From sequence record OQ743992: 64,000 nucleotides of DNA. The stretch is one strand, 5' to 3'. Below are positions 16,296 to 25,981 of the stretch, one piece after another; within the stretch, counting starts at the first letter, position 1, and each line of letters opens with the position of its first letter. Source of the stretch: Escherichia phage vB_EfeM_pEP20. Below the pieces are notes generated by a model that worked only from the letters and a program-made list of their open reading frames with translations, searched no databases and had not been told where the DNA came from. The position numbers and the translations under genes are program-made.

Positions 16296-18077
16296 TTAAA
16301 GTTGCTTGTCAATATTATTTCGAATATCACCAAGAGTTGTGTAACCATACTGCTCAGAATCACTAAAGACTAAGCGTAGAGCGCAAGCTGGATGTTCAAG
16401 TGCATCTTCAAAGCTTTGGAATCCATAGCCATCTACAGCTTTCAGTTTATCACCATCCCACATAGGTGCTACACCACCAAAAGCAGACTTCTTAACACCA
16501 CTATCTGTTTTAGGGTCTTTTGCAATCATAATCTCTTTACCACCAATGCTTGCAAGAGTTGCTTTAACAGCAAATGCAAAGGTGTCACGAGTCATGTACT
16601 GGTAAGTGTAAGAGCCTACGCCAAACACTACGTTAGAGCTTGCAAAACCCATTTCATACAGACGCTTCAGGATTTCGTTTGCACGTTCCAGTGTGATAGA
16701 GTCACCATAGATAAGGCCAATGTGCTCATCCAGTACCTTAAAACCTTTGGAGTTGATAGTCCCTCCGAAGATGTTATACAGGGTCTTAATAGCCCCATCA
16801 ATCTCTGCTACAGGACGTGTTACAACGTTTGCAGAGCCAACCATATAAGCATTTTTCAACATCACTGTATCGGCAACTTCAAAGTCTTCTCTGTCAACAA
16901 CCATTTCGTAGCCTTCTGACAGTAGCCATCCAGCAATACCATAACTGATGTTTTCAAGCTTCATGTTCAGAACAGCATTCAACATCGTGTCGCTGGCTTC
17001 AAGCTTGCTTAAGTGTTCGTAATAAGCCTTTTTAGCACACTCTAAATGGATTGCTTTGTATCCTGTGACAATATGTACAGGGTCTCCAGAATCAGGACGA
17101 ATTACCAGTTTGCCATCACGTCCCATAATCTCTTTGCGGAGTTCTGGTAATATGACTGATACAGTCCTCCAGAAATTATAAGTATCTGAGACAACACTTG
17201 CAATACCAGTTGGGTAAGTCTCTGTTAAAAAACGATGGAAGGTTTGTAACTCACCTTTAAAACGTCTTTCATCTTCAATCAACTCATTACCACCTTCCCA
17301 AGCAATGTTTGCACACATTACAGAGTGTTCAGTGGCTGGTACAGAGCTACCAATATCAGAGATTGGGTAGGACTGTCCATAGATACGTTTAGCTGTATAC
17401 ACAGCAGGGAAGCTATCAGTTCCTTTAAAGCTGGTTAAGTGACCTACAGCGTTAAATGCGTCATCAGTAAAGCCAGACATACCACGCATAGCGAAGTCAT
17501 GGCACTGATAAGGTAAATGTAAGTCGTTGTCACAAGTAAGGTCAGCCCACTTCTTACAGATACGTTTGTAGTGCAATGCAATAGTTGCAATGGTACAAGC
17601 CTTCCAAATCTCAGCAGAGAAAGCATCTTCCAGATACCCCGCTACCCAATGGAAACCTGAAACAGTGTTCTGGAAGACAATCATTGGTACACGCATAGGG
17701 ACAACTGTGCCTTCTTCTACAGCGTATACTTCAACTGGCAGATAACCTAAGTCGTGAAGTGCTTCCCAATGCTCTCGACCAATAGCATCTTTACCCAGAA
17801 CACCGTTCATGACTTCTAAGATTTCGTCAATTGCTTCTTTTTTGTCACGTTCGAAGAAGGTGGCGTTCCAGTGGTCTATCAGGTAATCTTTAACAAAACG
17901 CTGAATACCAAAAGCAACTACACCATCAATTGCTAAGGGGCTGTTAAACCATTTGTCGCTACGTGGTGTCAGGTTGAACATCAAGTACTCTGTTGCACTA
18001 GGATACTGGTAGATGTGACCAGATTTGTAAGCATCTGCGTTTAAACCTGCTGGTACTGCATAAAGTGATTTAGTCAT
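16296..18077 (-). CDS. Nicotinamide phosphoribosyltransferase family protein (NAMPT/NadV-like; candidate Namat of NARP1)
   Basis: N-terminal NADAYKSGHIYQYP matches NAMPT DSYKxxHxxQYP signature; 593 aa; adjacent to PRPP-synthetase-like gene. Confidence 0.75.
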   Translation of the reverse strand: MTKSLYAVPAGLNADAYKSGHIYQYPSATEYLMFNLTPRSDKWFNSPLAIDGVVAFGIQRFVKDYLIDHWNATFFERDKKEAIDEILEVMNGVLGKDAIGREHWEALHDLGYLPVEVYAVEEGTVVPMRVPMIVFQNTVSGFHWVAGYLEDAFSAEIWKACTIATIALHYKRICKKWADLTCDNDLHLPYQCHDFAMRGMSGFTDDAFNAVGHLTSFKGTDSFPAVYTAKRIYGQSYPISDIGSSVPATEHSVMCANIAWEGGNELIEDERRFKGELQTFHRFLTETYPTGIASVVSDTYNFWRTVSVILPELRKEIMGRDGKLVIRPDSGDPVHIVTGYKAIHLECAKKAYYEHLSKLEASDTMLNAVLNMKLENISYGIAGWLLSEGYEMVVDREDFEVADTVMLKNAYMVGSANVVTRPVAEIDGAIKTLYNIFGGTINSKGFKVLDEHIGLIYGDSITLERANEILKRLYEMGFASSNVVFGVGSYTYQYMTRDTFAFAVKATLASIGGKEIMIAKDPKTDSGVKKSAFGGVAPMWDGDKLKAVDGYGFQSFEDALEHPACALRLVFSDSEQYGYTTLGDIRNNIDKQL

Positions 18078-18122
18078 CTTTTAATCTCTCTCAAAATGGG
18101 GCTTTTAAGCCCCTATAAAGTT

Positions 18123-19004
18123 TTAATCAAGGTTGGCTACAGTAACTTGGCCATAATGTGTTAAGCCACGGTCTTTAGCTTCCCCTAAAGAGTTTGTAGT
18201 GTAGATGTGGTCAATGCCGTTGTCAAGAAGGTTTTCAACATCTTTAGAGAAGATACCATGTGTTACATAGAGTTCCACACGTTTTGCACCTGCTTCACGA
18301 AGATGTTTAGCTGCTTCTATGAAGGTTCGGCCCCCATCACAAATATCATCCAGAATCATGACGGTTTTATCTGTCAAATCAACATCATCAAGGATTCGCA
18401 TACCAGTAATTTCACCAGTCTTAAGGTTACGCACTTTAGACATTGTGATGTATGGTTTATCCACCTCTTTAGCAGTCTCTGCAATCTTCTTAGCAGCACC
18501 TGCATCTGGGGCTACTAAGTAATCAACCAGTGGGTCATTTGCATAGTGGACTGCAATTTCCTTTTGAGGAATACTCTGGAAGCAGTTAAATAGGTTATCT
18601 GGTACATAACTGTGAGGGTCAACTGCACAGACTGCATCAAAATCCATTGCATTAACCTGTTGTGCAAACACTTTCAAAGCTGCTGCATCGCCTTTAAACA
18701 TGTGACGGTCATAACGTGCATTTGGCAAATAGTAAAAGATAATGGTCTTCATAGCAAATTTATGAGGTACTAAATCATCAATTGCTTCTTTAGCAAGTGC
18801 CACAGCAAACAATGTGTCTTTATCATAACCTTTTACAATCATAATCACATTGTTGATGGATGATGCTGCATAAGCAGTGAAATCAACAAACTCTGGTGAA
18901 AAGTGTCCACCAATCTCACCAGAAGGGAATTGGATGATGTTAAACTCTTCTTCGTGAGTCCCTTTAGTGGGTGAATGGACTGTAACACGGATAGATGTTT
19001 TCAT
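18123..19004 (-). CDS. Ribose-phosphate pyrophosphokinase (PRPP synthetase)-like protein; candidate Adps of NARP1
   Basis: PRPP-binding loop VMILDDICDGGRT; start moved to ATG (MKTSIRV...); 293 aa. Confidence 0.7.
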   Translation of the reverse strand: MKTSIRVTVHSPTKGTHEEEFNIIQFPSGEIGGHFSPEFVDFTAYAASSINNVIMIVKGYDKDTLFAVALAKEAIDDLVPHKFAMKTIIFYYLPNARYDRHMFKGDAAALKVFAQQVNAMDFDAVCAVDPHSYVPDNLFNCFQSIPQKEIAVHYANDPLVDYLVAPDAGAAKKIAETAKEVDKPYITMSKVRNLKTGEITGMRILDDVDLTDKTVMILDDICDGGRTFIEAAKHLREAGAKRVELYVTHGIFSKDVENLLDNGIDHIYTTNSLGEAKDRGLTHYGQVTVANLD

Positions 19005-19015
19005 AGTTTTCTCTC

Positions 19016-19294
19016 TCAATCAAAAGTTACGTTTGTTACTGCCATTGCAGATTTGCATTTTGCAGGGTCTACAACGTGATAAAGCACACTACAGTTGCCT
19101 GTGCTGTCTGGTACAGGCTTTACCCATTGTTGCTTGACAGTTGGTTCTCCTAAATCTTTGTATGAACCATCTGTAAAATTGTTTACCATCTCAAGTGCAA
19201 TTGGTTCTGGAACATGACCTCGTATCATGTACATCTCACAACCATTACCACCTTCGCTAACTAATGGTAAAATCTCCCACTTTTCTTTAGCCAT
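19016..19294 (-). CDS. Hypothetical protein (92 aa)
   Basis: ORF; overlaps the HNH gene end by 8 nt. Confidence 0.4.
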   Translation of the reverse strand: MAKEKWEILPLVSEGGNGCEMYMIRGHVPEPIALEMVNNFTDGSYKDLGEPTVKQQWVKPVPDSTGNCSVLYHVVDPAKCKSAMAVTNVTFD

Positions 19295-19802
19295 TGTAAG
19301 TTGCCCTATAAACTGTCTCGAACTTCAACAGGAGAGATATTGCCAAATCTGTATAGTTGTTGTCAAGCACATCTGGCATATTATTTTTGATATATTTCTC
19401 TTGCTCTTCATAGGTCATCTTAGGGGTGCTTAGAAGGTTATTTCCTTGCTTCTGGTTATCAGCTTTAGTTTGGATAAACCAGTTTGCACAGTGATGTTCA
19501 CCACCTTTTGTAACAGGTTTGTGATGACCTAATGTGAAGGCTTGATTACCTGTATATCTGCAAAGTTTATTGAGTACTGTGATGGTGTTCTTCACAACAA
19601 AACATTCATACAGGTTATCTATGGTGTAATGTGGGTAATATCGGAATAATGCTCTTTCACGAGTGCTCTCACGATTCCAGAGAATCATGTGATTGGAGTT
19701 GGAAGGGTCGTATTGGTGGGAGTCAATGAACTCTTGACGTTCCTCAAAGCTGAGTCTTAGAACTGACATTGCAGCCGAACGTTTCAGGTTTGACAGATAC
19801 AT
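19287..19802 (-). CDS. HNH homing endonuclease-like protein (171 aa)
   Basis: LGHHKPVTKGGEHHCANWFIQTKADNQKQ resembles HNH motif HH..P...GG....N....C...N..K. Confidence 0.55.
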   Translation of the reverse strand: MYLSNLKRSAAMSVLRLSFEERQEFIDSHQYDPSNSNHMILWNRESTRERALFRYYPHYTIDNLYECFVVKNTITVLNKLCRYTGNQAFTLGHHKPVTKGGEHHCANWFIQTKADNQKQGNNLLSTPKMTYEEQEKYIKNNMPDVLDNNYTDLAISLLLKFETVYRATYNG

Positions 19803-19810
19803 ATTCTCTC

Positions 19811-19840
19811 CAAAATAAAAAGGGAACCTTTACAGTTCCC
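19811..19840 (-). terminator. Intrinsic terminator (GGGAAC stem then U5AU4)
   Basis: Stem-loop plus U run on minus-strand RNA. Confidence 0.5.
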
Positions 19841-19853
19841 TTATAGTATCTGT

Positions 19854-20174
19854 TTACTGAGCTACTTTCAAGATGCTTGTGAATGAAATCTCACTCTCAT
19901 CCATAAATTCTTTTGCTTCTCCAGTAACTTTTACAAAGTTATCTAGGCAGATAATTTTCTTATCTTTCTTGCTGTAGGTTAACTTAACCTTTTCAATATC
20001 TTTCTTAGAACTTTTCTCTTCATTAAAGAGTTTTACAGCTTCTTTGAATGGTAGATATGAGCCGTCATTATCACTAATGAATCCTGTACCACAATAGTAG
20101 TAGTTATACTCTTTAGCCATAAACTGGCACAGTACGAAAATCTGTAATTTACGAGTGTTATAAACTTTGCTCAT
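19854..20174 (-). CDS. Hypothetical protein (106 aa)
   Basis: ORF. Confidence 0.45.
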   Translation of the reverse strand: MSKVYNTRKLQIFVLCQFMAKEYNYYYCGTGFISDNDGSYLPFKEAVKLFNEEKSSKKDIEKVKLTYSKKDKKIICLDNFVKVTGEAKEFMDESEISFTSILKVAQ

Positions 20175-20176
20175 GA

Positions 20177-20443
20177 TTATTTAGCCTTCTTGTTACGTTT
20201 ACGGTTACGAGCTTTCTTAGCTGCTCGTTTAATAGCTGCTGCACCAGACTTGCGGTGGGCTTGTTTCTTACCACCTTTACCACGTCCAACGTAGATGTAA
20301 GGCTGCTGTTCAATTTGGCTTGTAAGAACCTGTGCAACCGCTGAAGCATCTACACCGACCTGCTTTCCAGCCATAGAAACAATTGCTGCTGCTTTTGCCA
20401 GCGCCTTCAAGAATCCAGCTTTCATATTACCTAAAATTCCCAT
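20177..20443 (-). CDS. Small protein with amphipathic N-terminus and very basic Lys/Arg-rich tail (88 aa)
   Basis: ...KRAAKKARNRKRNKKAK. Confidence 0.45.
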   Translation of the reverse strand: MGILGNMKAGFLKALAKAAAIVSMAGKQVGVDASAVAQVLTSQIEQQPYIYVGRGKGGKKQAHRKSGAAAIKRAAKKARNRKRNKKAK

Positions 20444-20458
20444 TTTTAGTCTCTCTCA

Positions 20459-20734
20459 TTATAGTTTAATACAGAACTTATGAAGTTCTTCTTCAGTGAT
20501 ACCAATTGGAGTGATACCTTCTCTGATGTTTTGAATCCTGTAGAAGTCTCCAAACTTATCTGATTCATGAATGTGAAAGGTAACGTTCTTCACCATCGTT
20601 GCAAGAGCACATAATGAATGTGCACCAAATTTTTCTCTCGTATAAATCATCCAAGCATCTAACTTGTTGATGTCGTAAGTCCACTTGCCAGAATAATCAC
20701 TCTGCTCGCCATTGACAATCACCTTGCCACCCAT
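20459..20734 (-). CDS. Hypothetical protein (91 aa) overlapping the nrdG 3' end
   Basis: Start moved to ATG with RBS GGAGAA 6 nt upstream; 38-nt overlap with nrdG. Confidence 0.4.
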   Translation of the reverse strand: MGGKVIVNGEQSDYSGKWTYDINKLDAWMIYTREKFGAHSLCALATMVKNVTFHIHESDKFGDFYRIQNIREGITPIGITEEELHKFCIKL

Positions 20735-21182
20735 ACTCTTTTCTCCATAGGTTTTGGTTATCAGAACCACGATACGGTTTAACTGTTGGTTTAGATGAAT
20801 CATACTTACCATCAATTACCACGTCAACATATTTCATCACATCTAGGTGAATTTTTTCGTGTAACTGGAATCCTGTCCAGAGCCAGATAGACTTCTCTGG
20901 GTAAACTGTTTTAATACGTTTGCATATGTTGGTAACCTCTTGAATATTTCTATCATCAAGAGGCTCTCCACCAAGTATTGACAACCCACTGATGGCCTCA
21001 TCATCCATTAATTTAATGATGCCGTAGAGGTTTGCATAAGTAAACTCTTTACCAGCATTAAACTTCCAAGACTCCCTGTTAAAGCAGCCTTCACAGTGAT
21101 GTTTGCAGCCAGCTACGAAGAGGCTTACACGAACCCCTTCACCATTAGCTGTGTCAAATGGTCTAATCTCCATGTAATTCAT
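20697..21182 (-). CDS. nrdG: Anaerobic ribonucleotide reductase activating protein (radical SAM)
   Basis: CKHHCEGC cluster (CxxxCxxC); C-terminus GSDNQNLW similar to NrdG; adjacent to nrdD. Confidence 0.75.
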   Translation of the reverse strand: MNYMEIRPFDTANGEGVRVSLFVAGCKHHCEGCFNRESWKFNAGKEFTYANLYGIIKLMDDEAISGLSILGGEPLDDRNIQEVTNICKRIKTVYPEKSIWLWTGFQLHEKIHLDVMKYVDVVIDGKYDSSKPTVKPYRGSDNQNLWRKEYGWQGDCQWRAE

Positions 21183-21217
21183 CTAGTTACCTCACCAATA
21201 TTATTTAAGCCTTTTAC

Positions 21218-21613
21218 TCATTCAAATACCACCTGACAAGGGACTTGTTTAGTAATAAATTCTTCACAGTGTTCTTTAATGAAGTTTTGTAATGGCACAC
21301 AGTCTTGTGCACACGTCATTAGCATAATGTACTCTGGATTCATAATATTTTCAATGGTGTAGAAGACAACATTGTCAAATAATTCATGACCGTCTTCTTC
21401 AGACCAAGTTCCAGTGACTATAGCTAATTTGTCAAGCAATTCATTAGGCAACGCTACACCATCTTCTACGGAATCACTTAGAACGTTGTCACCTATGTAC
21501 AATGTGAAGACCGTATGGAATGTTGAGTATCTTACGTGATTCTTTTCGCAAGAGCCACACTCTGAGGCGTAATCTTTAATCCACTCTAACTGTTTTTTGT
21601 TCAACTTAATCAT
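21218..21613 (-). CDS. Hypothetical protein (131 aa, Cys-containing)
   Basis: ORF. Confidence 0.45.
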   Translation of the reverse strand: MIKLNKKQLEWIKDYASECGSCEKNHVRYSTFHTVFTLYIGDNVLSDSVEDGVALPNELLDKLAIVTGTWSEEDGHELFDNVVFYTIENIMNPEYIMLMTCAQDCVPLQNFIKEHCEEFITKQVPCQVVFE

Positions 21614-21810
21614 AATTTCACCTTAGTTGGTAATGCACTGAATGCTATAGCTAACCCTAAAAATGGTTTGAAGCATGACCATAAATCCATCTGACCATGA
21701 TATGCGAAACTCCATTGTGGGTCTGAAAAACCCCATACCATAACACTAACTCCAAAAAAGAAGATTAGAATGTGAAGTATGTATATCAACGTTTTTGATA
21801 TTTTAAACAT
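21610..21810 (-). CDS. Small membrane protein (66 aa)
   Basis: Hydrophobic ILHILIFFFGVSVMVWGF. Confidence 0.35.
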   Translation of the reverse strand: MFKISKTLIYILHILIFFFGVSVMVWGFSDPQWSFAYHGQMDLWSCFKPFLGLAIAFSALPTKVKL

Positions 21811-21964
21811 TTTAACTTATCTCTCAACTCACAATAAGAGAGTCCTAAAAAGAACCCCAGTAAGACAGAACCTATGAACAGGCCAATGATGCTCTCTGCC
21901 ATATCTAACATCCAATAAAAAAGGTGATGTAAGCCTATCAAGACTCACACCACCTTGTCAAGTT

Positions 21965-24109
21965 TTACATAGAAACCCTGTCACGAATCTCAGCAATTTT
22001 TGCATCATTCATTCGGGATTCACCTTTAATCTTAGTCCACCCAAGATACCCACACACTCTGTTAATCACAGAGATGTCATGTGAATGACAAACCTCACAT
22101 TCTTCAACATCAGCCTTTGGTCTGTTGCCACAATGTTCGCAGATTGCTAAGTCAAAGTTAAGTCCCTGATAAAAGCCTTTCAACATCCCTCTTGTAATAC
22201 AACTTTTAAGTGCTGGTAAGTTTTCTGGGTTAGCTACCCTCACATACTGGATTCTGCCGCCTCTACAGATATGGAAGAATGGCTCTTCTAAGTCCTGCTT
22301 CTCAAATGGTGAGATATCTGCTGCAACATTCATATGGAAACTGTTTGTAAAATATTCCTTATCAGACACACCTTTGATAACGCCAAACATATCTCTGAAC
22401 TGTTTTAGTTGAGTTCCACAAAGTGATTCTGCTGGAGTACCATAGACGGCATATAAGAAGCCATCTTCATTTTTAAACTCTTCAGTTTTCATGTTAATAT
22501 ATGCCAGAACATCATATGCAAAACTATAGCTTCCAACTTCATGAAGTCGTTTACCCTCAGCAAGAACAGATAACTCATCAAGCGCAGTAACCCCAAAAGA
22601 AGCTGTGAAGGACTTCACGATATCCCAACCAACCTTGTCAGTAGGCTTCTTAGTCCCTTTGTACAGACCACCTTGTGTGAATGCAAGAGGGTTAGAACTT
22701 GCTGGCATATTAGCAATCATTTCGTAGCGTTTCTTGTGGAAGCTGCGAATCATCTCTAGGTACTTATCAAGCTCTTTCCAGAAATCTAAACCACTCTCTT
22801 TAGAATACTGGTAAATCATTGGTAAGTTCAAAGATACAGCACCAATGTTAGCACGACCAACGTAGAACTCTTCTCCATTCTCGTTAAGATATGGGGATAA
22901 GAAAGCTCTGCAACCCATCGGTGAAATTACCTTGCCAGAACGCTCAAAAGCCTCTGCTACAGCACCATGACCAGATACACTTAAGAAATCTGGATACATA
23001 GCTTTAGAGCAACACTCGATAGCTTTACTGTACAGTTGGCCTTGACAGATATTCTCATCGTGTCTCTTCTGGTCATGAATATAAACCAGTTTAGGGAATA
23101 CAACAGGCTTCTTACTCTTACCTTGTCCATTCATGCGAACATCAAGAATAGTGTTTGCAATCATGTATTGTAGTCGGTTGTCTTCATTAGACATGTCTGA
23201 GTCAAGCAAACCAAATGTTAAAGTTGTGAATGCGAAATCACCACGGCTACAAGGTACAGTATTTAGCTTCATCTCTAGTGACTGGAAGCCTTGAGTTAAT
23301 TCAATCTGTAGCTGCTCCATGACATAGTTATGGTAATGTTCTTTAGGAATACCGTAAGATGCTGCTTTCTCAGCATGATAGCGTAGAGACTTCTTAGCAT
23401 ACGGTACAAGCACCTTATCAATCTCTGCTAAAGTAAATCCACCAAATTGCTGTGCAGTTGCTGAAAGAACTACATCACCGATAACCTGTAAGGCTGACAG
23501 CACAGACTTTGGTTCACAGTATTCGATGCCAGACATTTCAAAGCCACCTTTCAGTACTTTACCAATGTCGAACAGGCAACAGTTAATACCACCAAAAATT
23601 AGGTCTCTTAAATCATGGATATAGATAAACCCTTTTTCAATGGCTTCAAGTTCCTCTGGTGTTAAATGGTACTGCTTAAAGATTTCTTTAGTCAGATAAC
23701 CACGAATAATTGAACCTTTTGTAGAAATTAAACTACTGTCAAAGTTAGCATTTTCACGGTCACCTAAGAAGAGTGTATCTCTAGTCTTTTGGTAAAGCTC
23801 ATCCCAATTTTGAGCAACCTCTTTACGGTAATTTCTATATGTTGAGTAAGACTCGTAAATCTCGTGGTTGACTTCTGCCAAAGCACCCTCAACAATACTG
23901 TGAATGTCATTTACCGAGATGAGCAAATTATTCTGCTTAGTGGACTTTACCAGAATCCTCATAAATGCTGACTCAAGAGCTTGGGTAACATCTGGTGGAA
24001 GTTCTTTATACCCAACCCTGTTAGCTGACTTAGTTACTGCTGCTAAAACTTTTTTGATATCAGGTTCTTCAAGTGAGCCATTCTTTTTAATAATCTGTAC
24101 TTTGTTCAT
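21965..24109 (-). CDS. nrdD: Anaerobic ribonucleoside-triphosphate reductase (class III, glycyl radical)
   Basis: C-terminal glycyl-radical motif RVCGYLG; zinc site CEHCG...CEVCHSHD; 714 aa. Confidence 0.85.
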   Translation of the reverse strand: MNKVQIIKKNGSLEEPDIKKVLAAVTKSANRVGYKELPPDVTQALESAFMRILVKSTKQNNLLISVNDIHSIVEGALAEVNHEIYESYSTYRNYRKEVAQNWDELYQKTRDTLFLGDRENANFDSSLISTKGSIIRGYLTKEIFKQYHLTPEELEAIEKGFIYIHDLRDLIFGGINCCLFDIGKVLKGGFEMSGIEYCEPKSVLSALQVIGDVVLSATAQQFGGFTLAEIDKVLVPYAKKSLRYHAEKAASYGIPKEHYHNYVMEQLQIELTQGFQSLEMKLNTVPCSRGDFAFTTLTFGLLDSDMSNEDNRLQYMIANTILDVRMNGQGKSKKPVVFPKLVYIHDQKRHDENICQGQLYSKAIECCSKAMYPDFLSVSGHGAVAEAFERSGKVISPMGCRAFLSPYLNENGEEFYVGRANIGAVSLNLPMIYQYSKESGLDFWKELDKYLEMIRSFHKKRYEMIANMPASSNPLAFTQGGLYKGTKKPTDKVGWDIVKSFTASFGVTALDELSVLAEGKRLHEVGSYSFAYDVLAYINMKTEEFKNEDGFLYAVYGTPAESLCGTQLKQFRDMFGVIKGVSDKEYFTNSFHMNVAADISPFEKQDLEEPFFHICRGGRIQYVRVANPENLPALKSCITRGMLKGFYQGLNFDLAICEHCGNRPKADVEECEVCHSHDISVINRVCGYLGWTKIKGESRMNDAKIAEIRDRVSM

Positions 24110-24127
24110 TATTGCCCCTTTACATGC

Positions 24128-24149
24128 TAAAAAGGTCTCCGAAGAGACC
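24128..24149 (-). terminator. Stem-loop plus U5 (GGUCUC-UUCG-GAGACC) between small membrane gene and nrdD
   Basis: Perfect hairpin followed by UUUUUAG on minus-strand RNA. Confidence 0.45.
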
Positions 24150-24157
24150 CTTTCATT

Positions 24158-24364
24158 TTAAATCTTTTTAGAAAACTTTGAAACGAGTTTTCTTAGTTTT
24201 TCAGTAATTCCTAGCTGTATCTCTAATATTTCAAAGATAACCCATAGTAACATGGCTCCAAACAATGAACCTTGTTCAAAATCAGTAAATAGGTTAACAA
24301 CAAGCATACCAATCACAATAGCTGGCGCATCAACAACCAAACCTTCCCAAAGGCGTTTAAGCAT
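24158..24364 (-). CDS. Small membrane protein (68 aa)
   Basis: Hydrophobic VVDAPAIVIGMLVVNLF. Confidence 0.35.
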   Translation of the reverse strand: MLKRLWEGLVVDAPAIVIGMLVVNLFTDFEQGSLFGAMLLWVIFEILEIQLGITEKLRKLVSKFSKKI

Positions 24365-24599
24365 TATTCACCTCTGCCATAAAATTCTGTAGTGTTCCAA
24401 CAGGTTTTAGATTTTGACCATCAGTTCTCATGATGAATGGCATCTGACGAACTGGCATCTGTGCAATATCCATCAGGTCTGATAACTCATAATCCTGCCC
24501 TAACATTCTCACAACATGGTTAATACCACGAGCCTTTGCAAAATTCTTTGCAGTCTCACACTGAGGGCATCCAGTTTTGGAGTAAATTACATAAGTCAT
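24357..24599 (-). CDS. nrdH: Glutaredoxin-like protein NrdH (80 aa)
   Basis: CPQC redox motif (YSKTGCPQCETAK); located between nrdB and nrdD. Confidence 0.65.
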   Translation of the reverse strand: MTYVIYSKTGCPQCETAKNFAKARGINHVVRMLGQDYELSDLMDIAQMPVRQMPFIMRTDGQNLKPVGTLQNFMAEVNNA

Positions 24600-25672
24600 T
24601 AAGGAACCTCTAAAAATCCACTATTCAAATCATCTACAACAGTATTCAATAAATACGCACCGTTCTGCTGCTCCTGATTAGCATTCTGCTCTTTATCAAT
24701 TTCCATCTTCTTAATCATATACTTCAAAGGTGGTTCTTTAGGAGCTACAAAATCTCTGGGAATGCCAAACATATCATACAGTGTGGCAGCATTATAGTAA
24801 ACCCACTCATGAAGAAGCTTTGTATTTAACCCAACTACAGCACGTCCTTCGGAGAAGATATAATACGACCATTTCTCTTCACTTTCAACTACTTCATCTA
24901 AGATTACTTTAATCTCTGGAAGAATTTGTTGGAAAGCTTTTTGCCACTCATCATCTCTTAAAGTTTCTTTTAAAACTTCAATATCAATTTTAGTGTGAAG
25001 GATTTCGTCAAGCATAATCTTCTGGACAGCTTGAGCAATACCTTGAAATTTATCTTGAGCATCAAGTGCAAAAGTACATGCAAAGGATGCCATAAAAGAA
25101 ATACCTTCAAGTGCAGTCACTGCAAATAGACCTTTTAGAATCACTTTATGGAAGTGCAAAGGGTCTTTATCCAGAAGTGAGTCACGGACATAACTCAGTC
25201 GATAGTTTATACCTTCATCCAGCAATTCTTCAAGAACACGATTCACAGTTTTTAATCGGTCTTGTACAGCAATGTTCTGGTTAATCTCATCTAAGATTGT
25301 TTCAGGATTTTTAATACACTGTCTTACAATCTCCGAGTAAGTAAGAGCATGTAGGTTTTCAATCTCAGACTGCTTCATAATTGCAGTTGCATAAATGTCA
25401 TCAGAGATGAATGGTGCAAAGGCAAACGCTAAGCTCTTAGCAACTTGGGTATCTGCTTCCCACTGCCACTTAAGAATCTCAAGCATTACACCTGACATTG
25501 ATGCTGGTACACTCTCAAAATCAAGACGTGATTGTTCAAAAGGGAACTCATCTTCTGACCAGTCTTGTGCTTTTTGTTGTTTATATAGCTCAAAGATTTT
25601 TGGGTAGTGCTTATTAAGTGAGTCGAATGTTTTTCTCTCACCACCTAAAAAGATTGGGTGTTGGTTAATCAT
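24599..25672 (-). CDS. nrdB: Ribonucleotide reductase class I small subunit
   Basis: Start moved to ATG (MINQHPIFLGG...); diiron-type helices; ATGA coupling with upstream gene; downstream of nrdA. Confidence 0.8.
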   Translation of the reverse strand: MINQHPIFLGGERKTFDSLNKHYPKIFELYKQQKAQDWSEDEFPFEQSRLDFESVPASMSGVMLEILKWQWEADTQVAKSLAFAFAPFISDDIYATAIMKQSEIENLHALTYSEIVRQCIKNPETILDEINQNIAVQDRLKTVNRVLEELLDEGINYRLSYVRDSLLDKDPLHFHKVILKGLFAVTALEGISFMASFACTFALDAQDKFQGIAQAVQKIMLDEILHTKIDIEVLKETLRDDEWQKAFQQILPEIKVILDEVVESEEKWSYYIFSEGRAVVGLNTKLLHEWVYYNAATLYDMFGIPRDFVAPKEPPLKYMIKKMEIDKEQNANQEQQNGAYLLNTVVDDLNSGFLEVP

Positions 25673-25926
25673 AGCGTGATTTCTCCTTTCTTTATCATCT
25701 CTAAGGCTTGTTTTCTGTCTAAAACTTCCCAATTTTCTTTGTTAAACATGTCATAAGGTCTTGCATAGATTTTACCATCTGCTGTAGAGATGTAAGAGAC
25801 ACCATCGACCCATGAGTCATCATTTTGTTTTATCATCACATCTGTGCTACTTACATAGTACAGTGTTTTCCGAGGTTTGTGGAGCAAGTATATGGGTCTC
25901 TCATGTTTTTCTATTAAGTCTTTCAT
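25669..25926 (-). CDS. Hypothetical protein (85 aa) between nrdA and nrdB
   Basis: Start moved to ATG (MKDLIEK...) after GGAGAA; stop overlaps nrdB start. Confidence 0.45.
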   Translation of the reverse strand: MKDLIEKHERPIYLLHKPRKTLYYVSSTDVMIKQNDDSWVDGVSYISTADGKIYARPYDMFNKENWEVLDRKQALEMIKKGEITL

Positions 25927-25981
25927 AGTTTCTCCAAAGTTAATTTTAGAGGGTCTTTTACGACCCTCATAGTTATTAAAA

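Noticed and set aside
16392-18522. Antisense ORFs within the NAMPT-like and PRPP-synthetase-like genes (16392-16919, 17444-17626, 18207-18518, 18319-18522)
   Set aside because: Embedded in genes with strong family motifs; low-complexity products; no RBS.
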